Below, piece by piece: positions 7,789 through 16,778 of a DNA stretch of 64,000 bases (position 1 is its first letter; each line of letters opens with the position of its first letter). The notes under the pieces are model-generated. The model did no database searches, had not been told where the DNA came from, and was given only the letters and a program-made list of their open reading frames with translations. The translations under genes and the position numbers were made by a program. Source of the stretch: Candidatus Dadabacteria bacterium CSP1-2 (GTDB lineage Bacteria > Desulfobacterota_D > UBA1144 > Nemesobacterales > CSP1-2); the NCBI GenBank assembly GCA_001443445.1, contig LDXN01000009.1, positions 4,798-68,797 on the forward strand, given 5' to 3'.

Positions 7789-9971
7789 CTCTAAACCATG
7801 GGCTTAAAGAGGAGGAGTATAAAAAAATAGTAGAGAACTTGGGCAGAGAGCCAAATCCTACAGAAATCGGTATCTTTGCAGCTATGTGGTCTGAGCACTG
7901 TTCGTATAAAAGCTCTAAGGTGCATCTAAAAAAACTGCCAACTAAAGGGGAAAGGGTAATTCAAGGTCCTGGGGAAAATGCAGGGATTGTAGACATTGGT
8001 GATGGCATTTGTGTTGCTTTCAAGATGGAAAGCCACAATCATCCCTCTTTTATCGAACCCTACCAGGGGGCAGCAACAGGTGTTGGTGGAATCCTGAGAG
8101 ACATCTTTACTATGGGAGCAAGACCCATTGCTCTTCTTGATTCTCTTAGATTCGGAGACCCAAAGCTTCCAAAGACAAAATATCTGGTTGAAGGTGTAGT
8201 TTCAGGAATTGCAGGATATGGAAACTGTATTGGCATTCCCACTGTTGGTGGAGAAGTTTACTTCGAGGAATGTTATAACGGGAATCCACTTGTAAATGTT
8301 TTCGCTCTTGGAGTCACCAAAAAAAATGAGATATTCAAGGGTCATGCAAGTGGCATAGGAAATCCTGTTATATACGTAGGATCAAAAACTGGAAGAGACG
8401 GCATCCACGGCGCTGTTATGGCGTCTGAGACATTCACTAGAGAAGCTGAAGAAAAAAGACCTGCAGTACAGGTAGGAGATCCCTTTACCGAAAAGCTTCT
8501 TCTTGAAGCCTGTCTCGAACTCTTTAAGACAGGAGTCGTAGTTGGTATACAGGATATGGGAGCGGCAGGGCTTACCTCTTCTTCTGTCGAAATGGCAGGT
8601 CGTGGAGGAACGGGAATTACATTGAATATCGATAAGGTACCGAGACGAGAGACCGCTATGACGCCTTATGAAGTAATGCTTTCTGAATCCCAGGAGAGGA
8701 TGCTTCTTGTTGTTCAAAAAGGAAAGGAGGAGATTGCCGAAAGAATATTTAGAAAGTGGGCGCTTGATTTTGCTGTGATTGGAGAGGTCACAGATAGTCA
8801 AAGAATAAAAGTAATGGAAAATGGGAAAACTGCCGTTGATCTTCCTATTAAACCGATTACAAAAGAAGCTCCGCTTTATAGAAGGCCAAATAAAAAACCA
8901 ATTTATCTAAGAAAGGTAAACAAGCCCAGGTTATCTTCCCTTCCAATTCCTAATGACATGAACGCAGTTCTTCTTAAACTCATCTCTTCTCCTAACCTCT
9001 CAAATAAGAGATGGATTTGCGAGCAGTATGATCACATGGTTAGGACAAACACTATCGTTGCACCTGGCTCTGACGCTGCTGTTATAAGAGTAAAGGGGAC
9101 AGACAAAGCATTAGCACTTACATCAAACTGCAACTCAAGATATTGCTATCTTGACCCATATGTCGGATCAATGATTGCCGTAGCTGAAAGCGCACGAAAT
9201 CTCGCCTGCTCTGGCGCAAAACCACTTGCAATAACAGACTGCCTAAATTTTGGGAATCCTGAAAAGCCTGAGATTATGTGGCAGTTTAAAAGATCGGTAG
9301 AAGGAATGGCAGAAGCAGCGAGACGTCTAGGAACCCCAGTAGTAAGTGGTAATGTCAGCTTCTATAACGAGACTGAGAATAAAGCAATTTATCCAACCCC
9401 GACTGTCGCAATGGTAGGACTTATCGAGAACCTAAGAAAACACATCACTCAATGGTTTAAAAAGGAGGGTGACATTATAGTGCTTCTCGGAGAAACTAAG
9501 GAGGAACTCGGTGGTAGTGAATATCTAAAACTAATTCACGAATTAGTTTCGGGGCCACCTCCTTATATTGATTTAGAGGTAGAAGCGAGTCTTACAAACA
9601 CCCTTCTTGAAGCAAGTGAAATGGGAATAATCAACTCAGCACATGATCTATCTGAAGGCGGGTTAGCAGTTGCAATCGCCGAATCTTGTTTTACACCCAA
9701 TGGTCCTGTAGGAGTGAAGATAAACCCATTCTATGGTAGAATTAGAGAAGATGCTTTTCTATTTGGAGAGTCTCAGTCAAGAGTTATAGTTTCCTTGGAC
9801 AGAAAAAACATTCGCATATTAGAGAACATCGCTTCAAAATTTGGGGTTCCAATGGAGGTAATTGGTAAAGTAGCAGGAAATAGTCTTAATATCGGCGATC
9901 TGATTAACATTCAAATCTCAAAAGCATACGAAGCGTGGGCTTTTGGGTTTGAGGATGTTTTACGGCAATAA
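7770..9971 (+). CDS. purL: Phosphoribosylformylglycinamidine synthase subunit II
   Basis: 733 aa. The motifs [12 protein letters not shown] and ESHNHPS and the duplicated AIR-synthase-like domains are typical of small-type PurL. Confidence 0.95.
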   Translation: MDNLKLALNHGLKEEEYKKIVENLGREPNPTEIGIFAAMWSEHCSYKSSKVHLKKLPTKGERVIQGPGENAGIVDIGDGICVAFKMESHNHPSFIEPYQGAATGVGGILRDIFTMGARPIALLDSLRFGDPKLPKTKYLVEGVVSGIAGYGNCIGIPTVGGEVYFEECYNGNPLVNVFALGVTKKNEIFKGHASGIGNPVIYVGSKTGRDGIHGAVMASETFTREAEEKRPAVQVGDPFTEKLLLEACLELFKTGVVVGIQDMGAAGLTSSSVEMAGRGGTGITLNIDKVPRRETAMTPYEVMLSESQERMLLVVQKGKEEIAERIFRKWALDFAVIGEVTDSQRIKVMENGKTAVDLPIKPITKEAPLYRRPNKKPIYLRKVNKPRLSSLPIPNDMNAVLLKLISSPNLSNKRWICEQYDHMVRTNTIVAPGSDAAVIRVKGTDKALALTSNCNSRYCYLDPYVGSMIAVAESARNLACSGAKPLAITDCLNFGNPEKPEIMWQFKRSVEGMAEAARRLGTPVVSGNVSFYNETENKAIYPTPTVAMVGLIENLRKHITQWFKKEGDIIVLLGETKEELGGSEYLKLIHELVSGPPPYIDLEVEASLTNTLLEASEMGIINSAHDLSEGGLAVAIAESCFTPNGPVGVKINPFYGRIREDAFLFGESQSRVIVSLDRKNIRILENIASKFGVPMEVIGKVAGNSLNIGDLINIQISKAYEAWAFGFEDVLRQ

Positions 9972-10080
9972 ATTTAGCCACGAAATAACACGGATGAACG
10001 CGAAAAGAAAAAACTTGAATGTGAAGGATTTAAAAAATTATTTTATTTGGGTAAATTCGTGTCCATTCGTGGCTAATTTA
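9971..10080. repeat. Imperfect palindrome with TTAGCCACGAA termini (heptad-type spacer element)
   Basis: aatttagccacgaa (9971-9984) pairs with ttcgtggctaattt (10066-10079). The arms continue with acacgga / tgtccattcg words and the centre is AT-rich. Confidence 0.7.
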
Positions 10081-10087
10081 AAACGCT

Positions 10088-11503
10088 ATGCCTAAACTCA
10101 AAGAAGAGTGCGGAGTTTTTGGTATTTACGGGCACCCCGAGGCTGCAAATCTCACCTATCTAGGACTTCACGCACTTCAACACCGTGGACAAGAAAGCGC
10201 TGGAATCGTCTCATCAAACGGAACGCATCTCTTTACACATCGTGAAATGGGGCTTGTAAATGACATATATACAGAAGAGGTTCTCTCGAAACTCCCTGGA
10301 AGAAATGCGATAGGCCATGTAAGATACTCAACTACAGGTTCTAGTCACCTTAAAAACTCCCAGCCAATTGTCGTTACTTATGCTCGCACTGAGCTTGCAA
10401 TCGCCCATAACGGAAACCTTACAAACGCATTAACCCTTAAAGAAGAACTTGAGCAAAGCGGGGCTATCTTTCAATCTTCTACCGATACAGAAGTAATTGT
10501 TCATCTCATTGCAAGGTCAAAAGAACAGAGTGTTATAAAGAGAATAATAGAAGCCCTTATGAGATGTAAGGGGGCATACTCCCTCCTGTTTCTCTCCCCC
10601 GAATTCATGATTGCAACAAGGGATCCATATGGATTTAGACCACTTGCTCTCGGAAAACTTGAAGATGCAGTTGTGGTTGCATCTGAAACTTGTGCGTTTG
10701 ATTTAATAGAAGCAGAGTTTATAAGAGAAATAGAGCCAGGTGAAATCTTAGTTGTAAGCCCGAGGGGAGTTGAATCCTTTAAACCATTTACTGAAGTAGG
10801 ACATAAATATTGCGTTTTTGAATTCATTTACTTTGCAAGACCGGATAGTTTTATGTTTGGAAGGAATGTCTATCAGGTGAGAAAAGAGCTCGGAAAGCAG
10901 CTCGCACGTGAGCAACCAGCTGATGCAGACATCGTGGTAGCAGTTCCAGACTCAGGCGTTCCAGCAGCGATCGGATATTCTGAGGAATCTGGGCTCCCGC
11001 TTGAGCTAGGGCTATTAAGAAACCATTACGTAGGAAGAACATTTATAGAACCTCAGCAATCGATCAGAAACTTTGGAGTAAAGCTAAAGTTAAATGCAAT
11101 AAGAGAAGTGCTTTCCGGAAAGCGAGTAGTAATAGTTGATGATTCAATAGTTAGAGGAACGACCAGCAGAAAGATTGTAAAGATGATTCGTGCCGCAGGG
11201 GCAATGGAAGTGCATATGAGAATCAGTTCACCTCCTATGTGCTTTTCGTGCTACTATGGGGTTGACACGCCGATTAGAGAGGAACTCATTGCCTCCTCAT
11301 TAGATGCGGAAGAGATAAATAAATACATAACCTCTGATACACTTGGATACCTGAGTCTTGAGGGCGTTATGAAGGCCGTTGAAAGTTATAAGGGTTTAGA
11401 TGGTAATGAAGGTTTTTGTGACGCCTGCTTTACCGGGAATTACCCTGTAGAGATAACAGACTCAAAGGTCCAACTCAAACAGCTACAACTTTTTGATAGG
11501 TAA
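10088..11503 (+). CDS. purF: Amidophosphoribosyltransferase
   Basis: 471 aa with the Ntn Cys in [13 protein letters not shown], the PRPP loop [13 protein letters not shown] and C-terminal Cys residues. Confidence 0.95.
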   Translation: MPKLKEECGVFGIYGHPEAANLTYLGLHALQHRGQESAGIVSSNGTHLFTHREMGLVNDIYTEEVLSKLPGRNAIGHVRYSTTGSSHLKNSQPIVVTYARTELAIAHNGNLTNALTLKEELEQSGAIFQSSTDTEVIVHLIARSKEQSVIKRIIEALMRCKGAYSLLFLSPEFMIATRDPYGFRPLALGKLEDAVVVASETCAFDLIEAEFIREIEPGEILVVSPRGVESFKPFTEVGHKYCVFEFIYFARPDSFMFGRNVYQVRKELGKQLAREQPADADIVVAVPDSGVPAAIGYSEESGLPLELGLLRNHYVGRTFIEPQQSIRNFGVKLKLNAIREVLSGKRVVIVDDSIVRGTTSRKIVKMIRAAGAMEVHMRISSPPMCFSCYYGVDTPIREELIASSLDAEEINKYITSDTLGYLSLEGVMKAVESYKGLDGNEGFCDACFTGNYPVEITDSKVQLKQLQLFDR

Positions 11504-11565
11504 TGACATCATTTCCAAAATAATATATCACTAGATAAATACCCAGTGTTACACAAAGTAGGTAC

Positions 11566-12151
11566 TTAAGGACTGACGAGCTCGAGTTTCTTCGTTCTTG
11601 AGTAGCGACCATCAGCATTTACCGCTGTGGCTAATATTTCAGCCTGATAGATCACCACCCGAAAACCTGAGCGACAAAAACCCTCAAAGTCTTTGAGACG
11701 AATCGAGCCTTGGGCAATCAAAGTTGTAGGCGTGGGCTGGCCACCAGGGGTTTGATCTTCAGTTTCCCCTAGCTTGACTAGTCGCTGATCATGATAGAAT
11801 TCGTTTGAGGATGGATCCGTTGTCCGGCATGTTAGTAAGGTAGAGGCTGAGATGTCCAAATGAAACATACCACTCTCAGGATCATTACCCGATGCAATTA
11901 GATCAATCTTAGTCCCGGCTGGAACGTGGCGTGTTATGTCACAACAATTCGCATCTACATCTGTATAGGGAGGGGGGGGTATAAGAACCATCGCTTGGGA
12001 TGCCATATGCATCCATTTTGACGATCGGTGGCGTAGAATCTGTAGAATTAGGAGTTACTCCGTTATTGGGACAGCCTTCTAAAAGAAACGATGTACCCAA
12101 AATTGTTAGACATTGAAGCAAAATAGCAAAAACGAAGCGATTAATAGACAC
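11566..12151 (-). pseudogene. Lipoprotein gene split by a frameshift in a G8/C8 homopolymer
   Basis: ORF 11939-12151 encodes a signal peptide plus lipobox (LLEGC). ORF 11566-12012 continues in another frame. The two overlap at gggggggg (11972-11979). Confidence 0.55.
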
Positions 12152-12349
12152 AGTAATCTCTTATAATAATTTGTTGTCTAAAAATTATAAAAGGCACGAA
12201 GTAAGATGTCCAGTTAAGACTCGATTATCTGCTAACTCTCTTATTGACATCATTTTCAGCATATGATAGGAAAATTATGATACTATAAAGTAAGTAAACA
12301 GTTATGATTTCAGATAACAAAAATTTGATTCAGGAGAGAGGAACGTTAC

Positions 12350-12964
12350 ATGTCGATTCTAAATTTTGTAATAAAGGACCTTAATTATACGATCTTGAGT
12401 GCAATTTCATTATTATCAATTTTGATAATCTCAATCAGTTGTGCAAAGGTTGAGGTTTATCCTGTGCAAAATCAATACGGTAGCAAAGGTAAAATCCTAA
12501 CAGCCTCTGGTCCCGGAGTTCGTTTCTACAGGCCAGCGTTATACGTTTGGATTACAAAAGTTCAACCTTCGGATAAGGTCAATACTGTTAATCAACAGGT
12601 CAAAGATGGGGATAAAACTACCACTACGATCACTTCAATCGCAGGTACTGTCTATCAAGCGCAATTTGACTGGTTACCTGATTTCTCTCAAGAATATGTA
12701 ATTGAGTGGAATGCCGGCATAGGCGGTATAAAACCTAAATTTACACTTGAAAATGGTTGGAATCTCACAGCTTTTAATAGTGAAATTGACTCTAGAGTAC
12801 CTGAATTAATTAATGCCGTGTCAGGCGCTGTTCAAAACGTTGCAGCGGCGGCAGCAGGCGCGCTTATTGCGGATAAAAATTTCAAAGGTCCTGGTCTATA
12901 CAAATTGAACATTAGTGCTGATGGAAAATTTTCTCTTGGATACCAAGTGCTCGGACTCGAATAG
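12350..12964 (+). CDS. Hypothetical lipoprotein
   Basis: 204 aa with a hydrophobic N-terminus ending in the lipobox-like ISISC. No recognisable domain. Sits 14 nt upstream of the matrixin gene. Confidence 0.5.
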   Translation: MSILNFVIKDLNYTILSAISLLSILIISISCAKVEVYPVQNQYGSKGKILTASGPGVRFYRPALYVWITKVQPSDKVNTVNQQVKDGDKTTTTITSIAGTVYQAQFDWLPDFSQEYVIEWNAGIGGIKPKFTLENGWNLTAFNSEIDSRVPELINAVSGAVQNVAAAAAGALIADKNFKGPGLYKLNISADGKFSLGYQVLGLE

Positions 12965-12978
12965 CTAAAATAACTTAA

Positions 12979-13887
12979 ATGGCTCATGCTCGCTTGCCCG
13001 AATCACCCCCAGTAAAAACGAAGCGATTGGTCCGACCTGGAAATTTTCTAAGCTGCTATGACTATTTAAATTCTTTTTTGAATTTTCATGGTTACAAATT
13101 AAGTGATAAATCGAGCTTAGAAGAAAAGCTCAAAGAATTCCAGCGCAGAAATAAAGTACCTACTACTGGACGTCTAAACTCCCAAACATGCAGATTAATA
13201 AATTCTTACAGGTGTGTACATCCTGAAAAAGCAATCCCCTTTGAAGAAGAACAGAACCGATTTCAAGCGACAGACTATCTACCATTGAAATTAGCTCAGG
13301 ACAGAGCTTATCTAGTTGATACGGAATACAACATTGATACTACACTGTTGTTAAAAGGCGATCACCCTTATGAATTAATAAATGGAAGATGGTCACGACG
13401 AACATTAGGATTTGCGCTCGTCGGATCTTCACCAAGTTATTTGGGTTCACATGCATGGGAGGCTGTTAGGCAATCATTCAAAACATGGGGCAAAACAGGG
13501 ATAATAAGATTTGAAGAAAGAAAAGATCCAGCAAGAGCAGAGATAAGGGTGTTATGGACACCGGGACCGAATGTGGATCCGAATTCTACTGATCCTTTTT
13601 ACGGGCCGGGAGAAAAGATTGCAGTTGGTTATTATCCATACCAACATCTGAAAGAACTTGCAGGAGACTTGCATCTCGATATTAGCGAAGACTGGGTTAT
13701 ACACCCTAGCCACAAAGGATTTGATGTAGAGACTGTCGCATTGCACGAAATTGGGCATTGTCTTGGAATAGGTCATTCTACAATTCAAGACTCGATCATG
13801 TGGAGTATATACAAAGCTAATCAAAGAGATCTCATACAAGAGGATAAGCAAGAACTTGAAAGAATTTATCAAGCCATACCGTTATAA
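12979..13887 (+). CDS. Matrixin (M10) zinc metalloprotease with PG-binding-like prodomain
   Basis: 302 aa with the metzincin motif HEIGHCLGIGHS and a Met-turn (SIMWSIY). The prodomain LKEFQRRNKVPTTGRLNSQTCRLINSYRCVHPE parallels the MMP LQ.F..L..TG.LD..T...M...PRCGVPD. Confidence 0.8.
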   Translation: MAHARLPESPPVKTKRLVRPGNFLSCYDYLNSFLNFHGYKLSDKSSLEEKLKEFQRRNKVPTTGRLNSQTCRLINSYRCVHPEKAIPFEEEQNRFQATDYLPLKLAQDRAYLVDTEYNIDTTLLLKGDHPYELINGRWSRRTLGFALVGSSPSYLGSHAWEAVRQSFKTWGKTGIIRFEERKDPARAEIRVLWTPGPNVDPNSTDPFYGPGEKIAVGYYPYQHLKELAGDLHLDISEDWVIHPSHKGFDVETVALHEIGHCLGIGHSTIQDSIMWSIYKANQRDLIQEDKQELERIYQAIPL

Positions 13888-14053
13888 TAGTTTTTCCTCT
13901 GGTATAAATTAAAGCTAGGCTCACTCTTGAATGGTCCAGCTAGTTGGATTGGGTTGGAATATTCTAATATTGATTCCCGAAAATTAGAGGGCGCTGTCTT
14001 GCTTTTTGAATTTATGTCTAGTTTCTAACTCATGTTATTCATACTCTACACCT

Positions 14054-14232
14054 TGTCATGCCCGAATGTTCCCCGCTAAAGCTTGCACTCGAATGTTTTA
14101 ATCGAGCGACATACGGGGACAAGCTTTATCGGTCATCGCCACCGTTGTCATACCCGAATGTTTCTATCGGGTATCCATGTTTTAGATTCCCGCTTAAAAC
14201 ATGCGGGGATGACAGCTCCTTACCTCGATTAG
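14054..14232. repeat. GC-rich mosaic hairpin repeat cluster (GTCAT[GA]CCCGAATG..., ...GCGGGGATGAC words)
   Basis: tgtcatgcccgaatg and gtcatacccgaatgtttctatcgggtat occur here, with stems atgtttta/taaaacat and ccccgc/gcgggg. Track ORF 14058-14240 is just its translation. Confidence 0.6.
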
Positions 14233-14262
14233 GTGTATGAGTAGGCAACATCTGTTTCTAAT

Positions 14263-14424
14263 TTATAAGCTAATCCTCGATGTCTCTAATACATTCAAAT
14301 TAGCCGTAAGTTCCTCTTCGGATAAATAATGATTTGTTAATTTCCCTGCGAAATATGTTTCGTATGCGCTCATGCCAAAATGACTGTAACCCCCTAGGTT
14401 GAATAATATGGTTTGTAGAATCAT
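14263..14424 (-). CDS. Possible 53-aa ORF coupled to the DUF763 gene (TAATG overlap)
   Basis: Hand-translated as MILQTILFNLGGYSHFGMSAYETYFAGKLTNHYLSEEELTANLNVLETSRISL. Its ATG overlaps the upstream TAA by 1 nt. No homology recognised. Confidence 0.25.
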   Translation of the reverse strand: MILQTILFNLGGYSHFGMSAYETYFAGKLTNHYLSEEELTANLNVLETSRISL

Positions 14425-15521
14425 TATGTAATGAGTTTGTAGTTCTGGTTATTTTGGTCGAAAGCGGCTAGTCGTTTTAGAGCTCTTATTTTTTCACTGT
14501 AATCCACCTTTGATTTAGCTAGAGCATCATGAAGAACCGTAATGGTTCGTTCGTAGATTCTACGATCGACTGGGAAAGGAGTACCGTCCTTTCCACCATG
14601 TGCAAATGAAAATCGCGCAGGATCTCTGGTGCTAGCTCTCGTACCATAGATTAGCTCCGCTACCAATGTTAAGGCCCTAAGTGTCTTTGCACCTACTCCC
14701 TGGATACATAACAATTCCTCAAAGTTTCTAGGAACAAGCTCGTATGTGCTCAGTAAGACTTTCTTGAGGTATTTCGGATTAATATCGGCGGTAGCAACCT
14801 GATGGCGATGTGGAAGAATTAGATTTGGGAGTCGCTCTACATCCCTCAATACACCCCTGTCAGGTTGACTGGCTAGCTCTGTAATAGCATGTCGAGTTTG
14901 CTCACTATCTGAAGCTACTAGGTCAAGTGTATTACCTTTTGCATCACAGCAAATCGCTGAATGTGGCTCATTAACAAAACTATTAAGCCTTGAACTAAGC
15001 CAGTGATAACGGCGTGCCATGGAATTCGAATCATTAAACCCCTGTTGCACTACACACCACTCTTCATCCTGCGTAAAGAAAAAGCTGTGATGGTAAAGCT
15101 GATAGCCATCTTGGACTGCCGAATTATCAACCTTAGCTGATAGGCGACTTGCTTTGATAAGATTTTCCGGTTCCTGTGAGATATAATCACAAGCATTCAT
15201 AATTTCAACTGGCGTTTTTCTTGAAGAAGCTCCTTTTCCACCAGTTGCAAATAATCCAAGCTCCTTTTCTAAACCTCTTATCCCCTCCTTTATAGCGCCA
15301 CAGGTTGTGGTAGTCACGCCGCTTGAGTGCCAATCGAATCCCAAAACACAACCAAAGGCTTGGAACCAAAAGGGGTCTGACAATCTGACAAGAACCTCTG
15401 AAGCTCCATATTCGGCAGTTATATGGCAAACAATTTCACGAGCTAGACGCACCATCTTGTTAAAAAGCCAGCGAGGCGCCTTCCCGCTGTGGAGTGGGAG
15501 GTGAGCAAAACCGGTACGCAT
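14424..15521 (-). CDS. DUF763-family protein (with helix-hairpin-helix-like GVGAKTLRAL segment)
   Basis: 365 aa. LPLHSGKAPRWLFNKMVRLAREI and SDPFWFQAFGCVLGFDWHSSG are characteristic DUF763 blocks. Confidence 0.7.
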   Translation of the reverse strand: MRTGFAHLPLHSGKAPRWLFNKMVRLAREIVCHITAEYGASEVLVRLSDPFWFQAFGCVLGFDWHSSGVTTTTCGAIKEGIRGLEKELGLFATGGKGASSRKTPVEIMNACDYISQEPENLIKASRLSAKVDNSAVQDGYQLYHHSFFFTQDEEWCVVQQGFNDSNSMARRYHWLSSRLNSFVNEPHSAICCDAKGNTLDLVASDSEQTRHAITELASQPDRGVLRDVERLPNLILPHRHQVATADINPKYLKKVLLSTYELVPRNFEELLCIQGVGAKTLRALTLVAELIYGTRASTRDPARFSFAHGGKDGTPFPVDRRIYERTITVLHDALAKSKVDYSEKIRALKRLAAFDQNNQNYKLIT

Positions 15522-15579
15522 GATGAAGAGATTAGCTCGGCAAGTATTTTAAGTCAATCGTATAAAAGTACGGCTACTG

Positions 15580-16644
15580 TCAGACCCGTAGAACTTTCGC
15601 AGCTAGTGTAGTGCCAACTACACGGGCACGGATTTTTTCAAAAGCCGTTTCTCGGGTCGTTGAAGTATCATCACCGAATGGAGAGAAACCACAGTCGTCA
15701 GTCGTTCCCAGTTGGCTAAGCGGAATGTATTCGGCGGCTTCAAGGACCCGATCCCTTACTTCTTCCGGCGTTTCCACTCTCGGATTTATAGAGTCAATCA
15801 CGCCGATGAAAATTCTCTGATCAGGGTTTGCGTTTTCCTTAATGATCTTGAGAACTCTAGTACTGTCGCTCTCGCTTGCTAACTGGATGTAAAAATTCCC
15901 AACCTTGAGTTTGAACAAGCTTGGCAAGAGCTTGGCATAGTCCACATCTGCACTATGGGTCGAGTCTTGGTCTCCGCCCGGACAGGTGTGAACACCGATA
16001 TTCTTTCGCTCCTCTACCGAGAAACGACCTAGCACTCGATTGTTAAGATCGATAAAACTTTCCAGAAGTTGCCCGCTTGGATCTAGTTTCACCGCGAGTC
16101 TTCCTTCAGTAAAGTCAATCTGAACCTTAAAAGCGCCCTTCTGTAAGCAGCGGCGAATGTCGGCTCCGTTCTCACGGAGAAGCTCTTCGATAAAGGATTC
16201 TCTTGAATAGCCTTCGATACCGTTTTGTGGGTAGAGAAGGCTCAATGCCGATGCAGAGATGACTGCTTGCTTCACCGGAACATGAGCATACTTTTTTGCT
16301 ACTTCCAAATATGCATCAGCATAGGTCTTGTAACGAAATGGTCCCGCTTTCAACCTAGGCAACTGGCGCACGTGACCGTCAGCAAAGTGGATCGTGACGC
16401 CATCAGGAGCGATGTTTTCAAGTCCATGTATTGGATAGGTTGCAAAGCTCGGCTTGGTTTGTTCCCCGTCCGTGATGACTGACGACCCCGTCGCTTCGAA
16501 GAGCTCTATGGTGTTTCGGATCGCTGAGTCATATAGTGAGTTTAGTTCCTTTTGTGAAATACGACCATCTTTGAAAGCCTGTATTCCCTTGATAAGCCCT
16601 TCCGGTCTTGGAATACTGCCAATAGGTTCAGTAGGTATTGACAT
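15580..16644 (-). CDS. Cobalamin-independent methionine synthase (MetE C-terminal domain)-like protein
   Basis: 354 aa. The blocks TEPIGSIPRP...ITDGEQ, HTCPGG and GTTDDCGFSP are typical of the Meth_synt_2/UROD-like single-domain family. Confidence 0.7.
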   Translation of the reverse strand: MSIPTEPIGSIPRPEGLIKGIQAFKDGRISQKELNSLYDSAIRNTIELFEATGSSVITDGEQTKPSFATYPIHGLENIAPDGVTIHFADGHVRQLPRLKAGPFRYKTYADAYLEVAKKYAHVPVKQAVISASALSLLYPQNGIEGYSRESFIEELLRENGADIRRCLQKGAFKVQIDFTEGRLAVKLDPSGQLLESFIDLNNRVLGRFSVEERKNIGVHTCPGGDQDSTHSADVDYAKLLPSLFKLKVGNFYIQLASESDSTRVLKIIKENANPDQRIFIGVIDSINPRVETPEEVRDRVLEAAEYIPLSQLGTTDDCGFSPFGDDTSTTRETAFEKIRARVVGTTLAAKVLRV

Positions 16645-16778
16645 ATTACCCTCCTAAATAAAATTAAGGTTAATCAATATTTTACTTTACCTAACTCAGA
16701 GCGCGCAACCGAATCGCTGCTAAGCGCTACCCATGAGAGGATATAGCAAAAGATGTCACTTAAAATCTTAATCAAGGT

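Noticed and set aside
16645-16778. GC-rich island upstream of the MetE-like gene as a riboswitch, and T-box or L10/L1 leaders in the cluster
   Set aside because: I could not align any SAM, cobalamin, T-box or ribosomal-leader consensus by eye. The island looks like another GTAG-type hairpin (gtagcgc...gcgctc).
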